Origin: an uncultured bacterium
GTDB lineage: Bacteria > Chloroflexota > Anaerolineae > Anaerolineales > E44-bin32
Direction of reading: 5' to 3'
Length of the DNA stretch: 40,461 nt
NCBI GenBank assembly: GCA_965364895.1
Contig: CBDTZL010000001.1
Coordinates: forward strand, 1 to 40,461
Each line of letters opens with the position of its first letter. The stretch's first letter is position 1. The translations under genes and the position numbers were made by a program. Under the pieces are notes generated by a model. That model ran no database searches. It was not told the origin of the DNA and saw only the letters and a list, made by a program, of their open reading frames with translations. Positions 27,398 through 35,811 of this stretch are shown piece by piece.

Positions 27398-27420
27398 GCC
27401 GAGTGGAAACACCGTAATGC

Positions 27421-27453
27421 AGCCGCCCACTTCTGTGGGCGGCTCTGCTTTTA
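27421..27453 (+). terminator. Rho-independent terminator
   Basis: AGCCGCCCAC-TTCT-GTGGGCGGCT (10-bp GC-rich stem, 4-nt loop) followed by CTGCTTTTA, 24 nt after the stop of the small gene. Confidence 0.8.
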
Positions 27454-27470
27454 TAGCGTAGACTTCGCTC

Positions 27471-28706
27471 GTGCACGTGCTTTTGATCCATCAGGTCTTT
27501 GTCCGCCCGGAGGACCCAGGGGGAACCCGCCACTACGATTTTGCCCGGTACCTTGTTGATAAGGGGCACCGTGTGACCGTGCTGGCTGGGACACGCAGCT
27601 ACCTCACCGGCGAACGATTGGCGGCAGTGCGGCGCGAGACCCCGTTTCCCGGCCTGGAGATCGTCCGGTGCGGCGTGGTCGGTGGCCAGCGAGCCGGCTT
27701 CGTATGGCGGACCATCGGCTACTTCTCCTTTATGCTCTCCTCCTTCTGGGCAGGTCTGCGCACCCCACAGGTTGATGTGCTTTGGGGAACCTCCCCGCCC
27801 ATATTTCAAGGGTGGACGGCCTGGCTGTTGGCCCGGCTAAAGGGCAAACGATGGCTGCTAGAGGTACGGGATCTCTGGCCAGAGTTCGCGATCCAGGTCG
27901 GCGCATTGCGCAATCGTGGACTGATCGGCCTTTCGGAATGGTTGGAGGGCTTTCTCTACCGGCATTCCGATGAAATCGTGGTCAATTCCCCGGGATTCGT
28001 CGAGCATATTCAAAATATTGACCCAAGCGCTAAAGAAATCTTGATTGTGCCCAATGGTGTCGAACTAGTCGGAGATCGACTAGGAGGTAACCGCGAATCG
28101 CCAGACGCATCCAAGAGGACCGGGTCCCTGCTGCGGGAAACTCATGGGCTCGACGGAAAATTTATTGCCCTTTACGCCGGCGCGCACGGCATGGCAAACG
28201 ATCTTTCGCAGCTGATTGATGCGGCTGCATCGCTTCAGCAAGACCCTCGAATCGCGATCGTTTTAGTAGGCGATGGGCCCGAGAAAATTGTCTTGCAGGG
28301 GCGAGCGCGTGCGGAGCGGCTCGACAATTTGCTCTTCCTTCCCCCCGTAGAAAAAGCGAGCGTCTCCGCCCTGATAGCGGAAGCAGATTGCGGGCTCGCT
28401 GTGCTCAAAGCCATCCCCATGTTTGCGACGACCTATCCAAACAAAGTATTTGACTACATGGCCTCGGAGCTGCCGATCGTACTGGCGATCGATGGGGTGA
28501 TTCGTCTAGTAGTTGAAGCAGCCGAGGCGGGCATAACCGTTGCGCCAGGTGACGGGGCTGCAATAGGCGAGGCCATTCGGCGCCTGGCGGACGATCCTGA
28601 AGCAGCAAAGGATATGGGCCGCAAGGGGCAAGTGTATGTCGAAGCACACTTTGAACGCCGCTTGATGGCTGAGAAGATGGAAGAGATCTTACTCGCCCTC
28701 AGCTAG
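27471..28706 (+). CDS. Glycosyltransferase, GT4 family (WbuB/WcaI-like architecture)
   Basis: N-terminus MHVLLIHQVFVRPEDPGGTRHYDFARYLVDKGHRVTVL (typical WbuB/WcaI-like start). C-terminal motif PNKVFDYMASELPIVLA. GTG start. Confidence 0.8.
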   Translation: MHVLLIHQVFVRPEDPGGTRHYDFARYLVDKGHRVTVLAGTRSYLTGERLAAVRRETPFPGLEIVRCGVVGGQRAGFVWRTIGYFSFMLSSFWAGLRTPQVDVLWGTSPPIFQGWTAWLLARLKGKRWLLEVRDLWPEFAIQVGALRNRGLIGLSEWLEGFLYRHSDEIVVNSPGFVEHIQNIDPSAKEILIVPNGVELVGDRLGGNRESPDASKRTGSLLRETHGLDGKFIALYAGAHGMANDLSQLIDAAASLQQDPRIAIVLVGDGPEKIVLQGRARAERLDNLLFLPPVEKASVSALIAEADCGLAVLKAIPMFATTYPNKVFDYMASELPIVLAIDGVIRLVVEAAEAGITVAPGDGAAIGEAIRRLADDPEAAKDMGRKGQVYVEAHFERRLMAEKMEEILLALS

Positions 28707-28715
28707 GGCCACGAT

Positions 28716-29378
28716 ATGCAGGATTGGGTTTCGCGGAATTTCTGGTCTACTTACCACGACTCGGCTGTGGTTCGCCGTGAATTGGCGGCGCTGCTGGCCA
28801 CTATCGGTGACGGCCATCAGGTATTGAATATCGGGTCCGGAGAAAGCGATCTCCACTCGGGGGTGATCAACCTCGATGTAGATCCTTCGGGTCACACGGA
28901 TTGTGTGGGTGACGCTCTGTCTTTGCCTTTTGAAGACAGCACTTTTCACCTGGTGCTCTCCCAGGAAACCATGGAGCATGTGCTTGATCCATTTCAGGCG
29001 GTGCGTGAGATGGGGCGTGTGCTGAATACGGACGGCGTTCTGTACCTTCAGGTGCCGTTTGTGCTGGGTTACCATCCCGATCCGGAGGATTACTGGCGCT
29101 TTACCCATTCCGGTTTACGAAGATTGATTGAACAGGCCGGGTTACGCTGCGAGAGGGTGGAACCCTCGTTGGCGGCGGGGACCGGAGCGCATCGCATTCT
29201 TGTAGAATTCCTGGCTGGGGTGGCAGCACGGCTCGTGCCACAGACTTATCGTCCGGTTAAGGGGGTCGTGGCAATCCTTTTTTATCCATTGAAGTGGTTG
29301 GACGGCTGGCTCAGCGTGGGTTCTGAGCGAGATCGAATTGCAGGAGGCTATTTCGGCATTGGCCGCAAAACAGCCTAG
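28716..29378 (+). CDS. Class I SAM-dependent methyltransferase (type 11)
   Basis: VLNIGSGESD ... NLDVDP ... GDALSLPFEDSTFHLVLSQETMEHVLDP ... REMGRVLNTDGVLYLQVPF. Confidence 0.8.
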   Translation: MQDWVSRNFWSTYHDSAVVRRELAALLATIGDGHQVLNIGSGESDLHSGVINLDVDPSGHTDCVGDALSLPFEDSTFHLVLSQETMEHVLDPFQAVREMGRVLNTDGVLYLQVPFVLGYHPDPEDYWRFTHSGLRRLIEQAGLRCERVEPSLAAGTGAHRILVEFLAGVAARLVPQTYRPVKGVVAILFYPLKWLDGWLSVGSERDRIAGGYFGIGRKTA

Positions 29379-30366
29379 ACCAGTGAATGTGCTCTTCACC
29401 AGCGCAGGAAGACGCGTGGAGTTGATGCGTGCCTTTCGCAAGGCGTATAAACAGCTAGGGTTGCGCGGCTCCATCGTAGCTACCGACATTGACCCGCTGG
29501 CTCCTGCCCTGAAGGATGTCGATCGCTACTACCTGGTCCCAAAGCTGGACGATGAGCGCTATGTGCCAACGTTAGCCAGTATTTGTGAGAAGGAATCGAT
29601 CCATTTGATATTTCCCCTGATCGACCCCGATATTCCAGCATTAGCACAAGGACAAGAGCGGTTCGAGAAAGTAGGGGCCAGGCTCACATCACTGTCCGCA
29701 CCGGAAGCCACCATCGCCAATGACAAGTCGCTTACACACGAGTTCTTTGAAAGCATTGGGGTTCTCACCCCACAATCCTGGAACGGAGTTCCGGATGAAG
29801 CGTTTGAGTATCCGCTGTACGTCAAACCCAGTATCGGCAGTGCCGGCAAAGGCGGCCAGAAGGTCGAAGACCAGGCAAGCCTGGAACACGCGTTGAATCA
29901 AATCCCGGGCGCGATGGTGCAGGATTATCTGCCGGGTCCAGAAATCACCAACGATGTGAGCTGCAGCGGAGAGGGCCAGGTGTGGGCCGTCGTGTGCCGG
30001 CAGAGAATTGAGGTTCGCTGGGGGGAGGTAGCGAAAGGCGTGACCATTGAAAATAGTGAGATCATCGAGGCCTGCGTGAAGATTGCCAAGGGTCTCAATG
30101 CCAAAGGGCCAATTACGGTTCAATGCCTGATGCGGGATGGAAAACCCTACTTTACCGAGGTGAATGCTCGCTTCGGAGGCGGACTCCCGCTGGGAATTGC
30201 GGCCGGAGTCCCTTCTCCGCAGTGGTACCTGTCGGAAGCGGCTGGCATTTCAGTCGCAACCCCACCGCTGGGAACCTACAGAACTGGGCTGCACCTGACA
30301 CGCTACGACGAGTCATACTATCTCGACGAAACCGAGGTTGCCGATGTTGAAAGCCATCGTCTTTGA
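29338..30366 (+). CDS. ATP-grasp domain ligase (carbamoyl-phosphate-synthase-L-like ATP-grasp)
   Basis: NVLFTSAGRRVELMRAFRKAY ... IHLIFPLIDPDI (pre-ATP-grasp), PLYVKPSIGSAGKGGQKV, MVQDYLPG and YFTEVNARFGGGLPL motifs. Alternative start at GTG 29383, 5 nt after the upstream TAG. Confidence 0.8.
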   Translation: MQEAISALAAKQPRPVNVLFTSAGRRVELMRAFRKAYKQLGLRGSIVATDIDPLAPALKDVDRYYLVPKLDDERYVPTLASICEKESIHLIFPLIDPDIPALAQGQERFEKVGARLTSLSAPEATIANDKSLTHEFFESIGVLTPQSWNGVPDEAFEYPLYVKPSIGSAGKGGQKVEDQASLEHALNQIPGAMVQDYLPGPEITNDVSCSGEGQVWAVVCRQRIEVRWGEVAKGVTIENSEIIEACVKIAKGLNAKGPITVQCLMRDGKPYFTEVNARFGGGLPLGIAAGVPSPQWYLSEAAGISVATPPLGTYRTGLHLTRYDESYYLDETEVADVESHRL

Positions 30367-31030
30367 TTTAGACGACACCCTCTACCCGGAGCGCCAGTAT
30401 GCCCTAAGCGGGTTTGCGGCGGTGGCTGATTGGGCGGATGGATCGCTGGGCATTCCGAGTGAGCAAGGATCTGCCGAGTTGGAGGCCTACTTCAATGACG
30501 GCGTGCGAGGCGACACCTTTAATCGCTGGCTAGAAGCCCATGATCTGGAGCCAGATCGATGGATCCCGGACATGGTGACGATCTATCGGGACCATACTCC
30601 GAGCCTGGAACCCTATCCAGAGACACGCGCCGTGTTGAAAGCCCTGGGGGATGAGTATCGCTTAGGATTGATAACGCAGGGGCACAAGCCCGGTCAACAA
30701 CGCAAGCTCGATGCCCTAGATCTCACCGAAGCTTTTGAAGCGGTCGTCATCATGGGCGAGGAAGACCGCCAGGATTGGAAACCCCGCACGGTACCCTTTG
30801 AGCGTTTGCTGGCTGAAATGGGTCTCCAGGGCGATCAGGCCGCATATATCGGCGACAATCCGCTGAAAGACTTCGTAGGCGCCCGCCAGCTGAAAATGCT
30901 AACGATTTGGGTGCGTAGGCCGGAGGGCGAGCACGTGAACGATTTGCCCCCCGGGCCGGAGTATTTGGCTGAAATCGAGCTTCCGGATTTGAATGGGCTG
31001 TCGGACGCACTCGAAGGGAAATTTACGTAG
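30344..31030 (+). CDS. HAD-superfamily hydrolase/phosphatase (subfamily IA-like)
   Basis: Motif I IVFDLDDTLY, motif II GLITQG, motif IV AAYIGDNPLKDFVGA. I prefer the ATG at 30344; it overlaps the ATP-grasp 3' end by 23 nt. Confidence 0.8.
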   Translation: MLKAIVFDLDDTLYPERQYALSGFAAVADWADGSLGIPSEQGSAELEAYFNDGVRGDTFNRWLEAHDLEPDRWIPDMVTIYRDHTPSLEPYPETRAVLKALGDEYRLGLITQGHKPGQQRKLDALDLTEAFEAVVIMGEEDRQDWKPRTVPFERLLAEMGLQGDQAAYIGDNPLKDFVGARQLKMLTIWVRRPEGEHVNDLPPGPEYLAEIELPDLNGLSDALEGKFT

Positions 31031-31087
31031 TAGCTCCTAACCGCTGGTCGATCCGACGATGACCGAAACCACTCTCAAAATGGAGCA

Positions 31088-32254
31088 ATGATGAAAGTAC
31101 CCATGTCTTCCCCCGATCTAACTGATGCGGAGCGGGAGGCAGTGGCCGCCGTGCTCAACACGCGTACGCTGAGCATTGGCCCGGAAATCGAGGCGTTTGA
31201 ACAGGCAGTCGCGGGACTTGCTGGGTGCCGACATGCCATCGCCGTGAGTTCGGGGACGGCCGCGCTGCACCTGTGCGTGCGGGCGGCCGGTATCCAGCAA
31301 GGCGATCTGGTCATCACCAGCCCCTTTTCTTTCGTCGCCTCAGCCAACGTGCTGCTCTACGAGCGCGCGGTGCCGGTCTTTGTCGATGTCGATCCCGCAA
31401 CTGGAAACCTGGACCCGGAGCAGGTCGAAGCGGCCGCGATAGCGCTGACGTCGGGAGAAGGCGGCTGGCTCCCGCGCAAGAATGCAGGAAACGGCGGCAA
31501 GCTTCGCGCAATACTTACGGTGGACGTATTTGGCCAACCAGCCGACTATACACAGCTCGTGTCCACCGCGGAGGATCACGAGCTCGCGCTAATCGAAGAT
31601 TCTTCAGAAGCCCTTGGAGCCCAGTACAAAGGGCAAGCTGCAGGCTCCTTCGGCGATGCGGGGGTCTTTGCCTTCTACCCCAACAAACAATTGACCACCG
31701 GCGAAGGCGGAATGGTGGTGACGGATCGGGAGGACTGGGCAGATTGGATCCGCTCGCTGCGAAACCAGGGCCGGGCTGTAGGCGACTCATGGCTGCAGCA
31801 CACCTTCCCCGGATACAACTACCGTCTGGATGAGATGAGCGCTGCGCTGGGGCGGGTCCAAGCTGCTCGATTGCCGGAGTTGCTGAGCAATCGCGCCCAG
31901 GTCGCCGAGTGGTATGGGGAGGCACTTGCCGACCTGCCTGGAGTGGAGCTGCTAACCATTGCTCCCACCACATCTCACATGAGCTGGTTTGTGTATGTAG
32001 TGCGGCTCGATCAAGCAATCAACCGGCAAGGGGTCATTGCTGCGTTAGAGCAGGAGGGCATCCCAAGCCGGGCGTACTTCGAACCGATTCACCTTCAGCC
32101 CTACATGGTGGAAATTCACGGATACCAGGCGGGAGACTTTCCGGTCACCGAAGACCTGGGAAGCCGGAGTTTGGCTCTTCCATTCTCTGGCGTGATGACA
32201 GAAGAGCAGGTCGGACTGGTGCGGGATGCGCTCAAGAATGCTCTCGAAGCCTGA
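31088..32254 (+). CDS. DegT/DnrJ/EryC1/StrS-family PLP-dependent aminotransferase
   Basis: EAFEQAVAGLAGCRHAIAVSSGTAALHL and FAFYPNKQLTTGEGGMVVTD (PLP lysine). It has an unusual ~25-aa insert, LTSGEGGWLPRKNAGNGGKLRAI. Alternative ATGs at 31091 and 31103. Confidence 0.88.
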   Translation: MMKVPMSSPDLTDAEREAVAAVLNTRTLSIGPEIEAFEQAVAGLAGCRHAIAVSSGTAALHLCVRAAGIQQGDLVITSPFSFVASANVLLYERAVPVFVDVDPATGNLDPEQVEAAAIALTSGEGGWLPRKNAGNGGKLRAILTVDVFGQPADYTQLVSTAEDHELALIEDSSEALGAQYKGQAAGSFGDAGVFAFYPNKQLTTGEGGMVVTDREDWADWIRSLRNQGRAVGDSWLQHTFPGYNYRLDEMSAALGRVQAARLPELLSNRAQVAEWYGEALADLPGVELLTIAPTTSHMSWFVYVVRLDQAINRQGVIAALEQEGIPSRAYFEPIHLQPYMVEIHGYQAGDFPVTEDLGSRSLALPFSGVMTEEQVGLVRDALKNALEA

Positions 32255-32275
32255 GTAGCAATGATACTTAAACAG

Positions 32276-32303
32276 AGAGGCCGCCCAAGGGCGGCCTCTT
32301 TTT
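32276..32303 (+). terminator. Rho-independent terminator closing the glycan locus (lies between convergent genes)
   Basis: AGAGGCCGCCC-AA-GGGCGGCCTCT (perfect 11-bp inverted repeat) followed by TTTT. On the opposite strand the tail is only CTGTTT, so it is mainly a plus-strand terminator. Confidence 0.8.
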
Positions 32304-32318
32304 GGTTATTGAATGAGG

Positions 32319-33065
32319 TTATTCAGTTTCAGACTGCGCCCAGTTCACAAATACCAAATTCTGTTCGCAGGTGTCGAAGGTCGTAAGCGAGACCTGGTCT
32401 GAAAGCTCCAAGCCGCTGCTGGCGTCCAGGACCTGAAGCAGAATGGTGTCTTCGCTGGCAGTCGGAGTATCGGAGAGCTCAAAGTAGTAGCCACCGAAGC
32501 CAAAGCGGTCCGCTGCGCTGCCGGTCAGGGTATCGAGCGGCCCGATGGGCGTTCCCGCCAACTCGCCACTTACTCTCACAGCGAGCCCGACGATCGGTGC
32601 TCCCTGCAGGTCGTAGACTTTGCCACCTACCCCCATGTGTTCACATCCACGCTCGTCCGGAATATAGGTTGGGCTTCCGGTCTGCAATTCAAACTGTGCG
32701 TCACCTTCCGGCGTCACCGCCGGGGATTCTTCGGGCGTAACTGTAAATTCTGGAGTTGCGGTTGCTTCCGGCGTCTCGGTCGCAGTCGGGACTGCGCTTG
32801 GAAGCGGTCTAGGCGTAGATGTGGGCGGAATCTCTGTTGGCAGCCTGATCGCTGGCGTATTGGTCGGCGTCGGCGGACCCAGAGTAGCTGGGAGGGTAGG
32901 CGGAGGAAACGGGTTAGACGATGATTGTGGATTGAGAAAAATCGACACGAATCTGAAACCGACGTACACCGTTGTCAGCAGCACGATGACTGTCAGAACA
33001 TTGAGAATTAATCGCCCGATGTTTAGTCCGCCACTTGGCGGGGTGGGGTCAAAGGGATCATCCAT
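32319..33065 (-). CDS. Membrane-anchored protein with Pro/Thr-rich linker and ~120-aa C-terminal beta-rich domain, function unknown
   Basis: 248 aa with one TM segment (LILNVLTVIVLLTTVYVGFRFV), a PT-rich linker of about 90 aa, and a C-terminal domain with two Cys. Confidence 0.6.
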   Translation of the reverse strand: MDDPFDPTPPSGGLNIGRLILNVLTVIVLLTTVYVGFRFVSIFLNPQSSSNPFPPPTLPATLGPPTPTNTPAIRLPTEIPPTSTPRPLPSAVPTATETPEATATPEFTVTPEESPAVTPEGDAQFELQTGSPTYIPDERGCEHMGVGGKVYDLQGAPIVGLAVRVSGELAGTPIGPLDTLTGSAADRFGFGGYYFELSDTPTASEDTILLQVLDASSGLELSDQVSLTTFDTCEQNLVFVNWAQSETE

Positions 33066-33134
33066 TTGTCCAGACTCCTGATCTCTTAGTTAGCCTTAGA
33101 ACGCTCAATCGCGCCATGTCCTAGTGGTCCTATC

Positions 33135-34031
33135 TCAGCCTTCAATGAATATTTCAATCTCGGCCCGCTGCCGCTGTTCTGCTAACCACTCATCGACTGC
33201 CGTTACTCGATAGTCCGTCAATACTGCGCCTACGAGTGGGCGATCTTCTCGCCCCAGCACTTCCAGAATGTGGAACCCGAGCGCACTTTCGATCACGCCG
33301 CTGACCTCGCCAGGCTGCAGGCTGAACGCGGCTTCTTCCACCTCGAGCATAGTAAGTAAGCCCTTCGGAAACCAGCCGAGCTCGCCGCCGGCAGGCCGGC
33401 TGCCTGGATCTCTAGAATGGATCACTGCTAAAGTACCAAATTCGGCGCCGTTGGCAAGTTCGTCAAGCAGCGTTTCTGCTTCTTCGCGGGTTGCAACCAG
33501 AATGTGCCGGGCGCTTGTATGCTCCACTTCCAAAGGCAGCACATCTGTGATTGCGCCGATCGTTCTGGCTGCCAGAATCTCCTGCCGGAGCGCGATGCGA
33601 TATTCGTCCTCGGTGTAACCCGTGGCAACCCCGTTTGAAGCAATCGCGGCCTGGAAGCGCTCGTCCAATTCTGCCTCGCTAAGCTCCATGCCTTGATTCA
33701 TCGCAAACTGCGCTAAAAGGCTGAGATCGATCAATTGCTCGAGTACCTCAGCCCTGTAGTCGCCCAGTGTTGCAAGGTCAATGCCAAGTGTGGCCTGTGC
33801 AGCCTCGTAGCGGGCGATTTCGCTTTCAAAGGTCGCCAGCGTGATGGCCTCCGCGTTCACGAAGGCCGCAAGCGGCTCGGGTGTGGGGGCTTGTGTTGCA
33901 GGTACCGTAGACGGTATCGCAGTCGGCTGCGGAGCCTCAGTGGTCCCCCCCGGAAGGCTGCACGCGGCCGCCAACAGGCAAAATGCTAGTGACGCCGTTC
34001 CGGCCCGCATGGCGCGGGGCATTATACGCAC
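33135..34031 (-). CDS. Parvulin-type peptidyl-prolyl cis-trans isomerase lipoprotein (PrsA/SurA-like)
   Basis: Signal peptide with lipobox (LAFCLLAAAC). SurA-N-like helical region, then a PpiC domain: ARHILVATREEAETLL ... GGELGWFPKG ... GFHILEV. Confidence 0.85.
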   Translation of the reverse strand: MRIMPRAMRAGTASLAFCLLAAACSLPGGTTEAPQPTAIPSTVPATQAPTPEPLAAFVNAEAITLATFESEIARYEAAQATLGIDLATLGDYRAEVLEQLIDLSLLAQFAMNQGMELSEAELDERFQAAIASNGVATGYTEDEYRIALRQEILAARTIGAITDVLPLEVEHTSARHILVATREEAETLLDELANGAEFGTLAVIHSRDPGSRPAGGELGWFPKGLLTMLEVEEAAFSLQPGEVSGVIESALGFHILEVLGREDRPLVGAVLTDYRVTAVDEWLAEQRQRAEIEIFIEG

Positions 34032-34062
34032 GCAGGGTGCCTACGCAACATGCTCAGTTTGT

Positions 34063-35700
34063 TTATTCAGAATCGGTGAAAACAAGAACCATGGGGCGCC
34101 GCTTGGTCTCATTGTAGAAGAAGCGGCTCAGGTCCTTTTCAATACCGGTCTTCAGATCACTCCCATTCGAGTCTTTTGCCAGATTGCGGATGCGCCGCCG
34201 TGCCTTCTCGAACAGCTCCTCGGCGTCGCTCACAAACACGAAACCTTTAGACACGATCTCCGGGTCGCGCTGCATAGTGTTCCCATCCATATTGAGATGC
34301 ACCGCAACGAATCCGTCCGACGCTAGTGCCATGCGCTCTCGCATGACCTTGGGACCGATGTCACCCACTCCGCTGCCATCGACAAACACATACCCACCGG
34401 GGACGCGCTCGCCGATTGTCATCTTCCCGTCGGTGAACTCAACCGGGGTGCCGTTTTCGACGACCGCAATGGAGGATTCATCCATGCCGATCTCCCGCGC
34501 CAGCGCCGCGTGTTGCTTTAGATGGCGCAGCTCACCATGCACCGGGATCAAGTGCTTTGGCTTCACCAGCTCCATCATCAGCTTCATTTCTTCCTGGCTG
34601 GCGTGGCCCGACACGTGCACGTCGGCGATCGGGTCGTAGATCACGTGCGCTCCGCGCGAAAATAGACGGTTGATAGTGCGGTGGATCATCTCTTCGTTGC
34701 CTGGGATGTTGTGGGAAGAGAGCACGATCGTGTCGTCTTCCATCAGGCCGAACTGGCGATTGGTGCCGGTCGATAAACGTCCCATGATCGAGGAGGGCTC
34801 GCCCTGCGTGCCGGTGCACATCAGCACCACCTTGGCAGGATCCATCTTTTTGGTTTCTTCGAGGTCGACGATGAGGTCGTCAGGCACATCCAGGTAGCCC
34901 AGCTTGCGGGCCATCTTTGTGTTGTCGCGCATGCTGCGGCCGGCGATCGCCATCTTTCGTCCGTACCGTTGTGCGGCGTTGGCCACCTGCTGCACGCGCG
35001 AGATCAGTGAGGCGAATGAGGCGATAAGAATGCGCCCCTGAGCCTCCCTGAACACCTCGTCAAATGCGGGATCAATCACCGCTTCCGAAGGGGTCCAGCC
35101 GGGCTCGTCTGCGTTGGTGGAGTCAGCTAACAGCGCCAGCACGCCCCGGCCGCCAAGCTCGCCCAGCTTGCTGAAGTCGGTGGGCCAGCCATCAACCGGC
35201 GTGTGATCGAACTTGTAATCGCCGGTGTGTACGATTAATCCAGCCGGAGTGGTTATCCCCATCCCTACACAGTCCGGGATGGAATGACAGACATGGAAAA
35301 ACTCGATTTCAAATGGGCCAATGGATACCGCGTCGCCGGCGTTGATCGTTTTCAGCGTGACGTCACCCAGCATCCCGGCTCTGTTTAGCTTCACTTCCAG
35401 CAGCCCGCGGGTCAGCTTTGTAGCATAAATCGGCGCGTCGATCAGCTCCATCACGTGCCGTATAGCGCCGGTGTGATCTTCGTGGCCGTGTGTGACTACG
35501 ATGCCGCGCACCTTATCGGCTTTGTCTTCCAAATAGCGGAAGTCGGGGATGATGTAGTCGATCCCCAGCATATCGTTATCGGGGAACATGATCCCAGTGT
35601 CGATGATCAGGATGTTTTCCCCGTATTCGACCGACATCATGTTCTTGCCGATTTCGCCCAGTCCCCCAAGGGGAACCAGTCTTAAAGTCTTACTACTCAT
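34063..35700 (-). CDS. rnj: Ribonuclease J
   Basis: LRLVPLGGLGEIGKNMMSVEYGENILIIDTG, metallo-beta-lactamase motif VTHGHEDHTGAI, beta-CASP region and C-terminal domain; 545 aa. Confidence 0.92.
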   Translation of the reverse strand: MSSKTLRLVPLGGLGEIGKNMMSVEYGENILIIDTGIMFPDNDMLGIDYIIPDFRYLEDKADKVRGIVVTHGHEDHTGAIRHVMELIDAPIYATKLTRGLLEVKLNRAGMLGDVTLKTINAGDAVSIGPFEIEFFHVCHSIPDCVGMGITTPAGLIVHTGDYKFDHTPVDGWPTDFSKLGELGGRGVLALLADSTNADEPGWTPSEAVIDPAFDEVFREAQGRILIASFASLISRVQQVANAAQRYGRKMAIAGRSMRDNTKMARKLGYLDVPDDLIVDLEETKKMDPAKVVLMCTGTQGEPSSIMGRLSTGTNRQFGLMEDDTIVLSSHNIPGNEEMIHRTINRLFSRGAHVIYDPIADVHVSGHASQEEMKLMMELVKPKHLIPVHGELRHLKQHAALAREIGMDESSIAVVENGTPVEFTDGKMTIGERVPGGYVFVDGSGVGDIGPKVMRERMALASDGFVAVHLNMDGNTMQRDPEIVSKGFVFVSDAEELFEKARRRIRNLAKDSNGSDLKTGIEKDLSRFFYNETKRRPMVLVFTDSE

Positions 35701-35811
35701 TTAATTCTTTACCTTTGTTTGAATGAAGCTCGTGGAGAGGATATTGCGGATAGTCTGAAAAAGCCAGGAACCGCCCTCTTGCGGGGGACTTGCATTTCGA
35801 ATGTGTTTACG

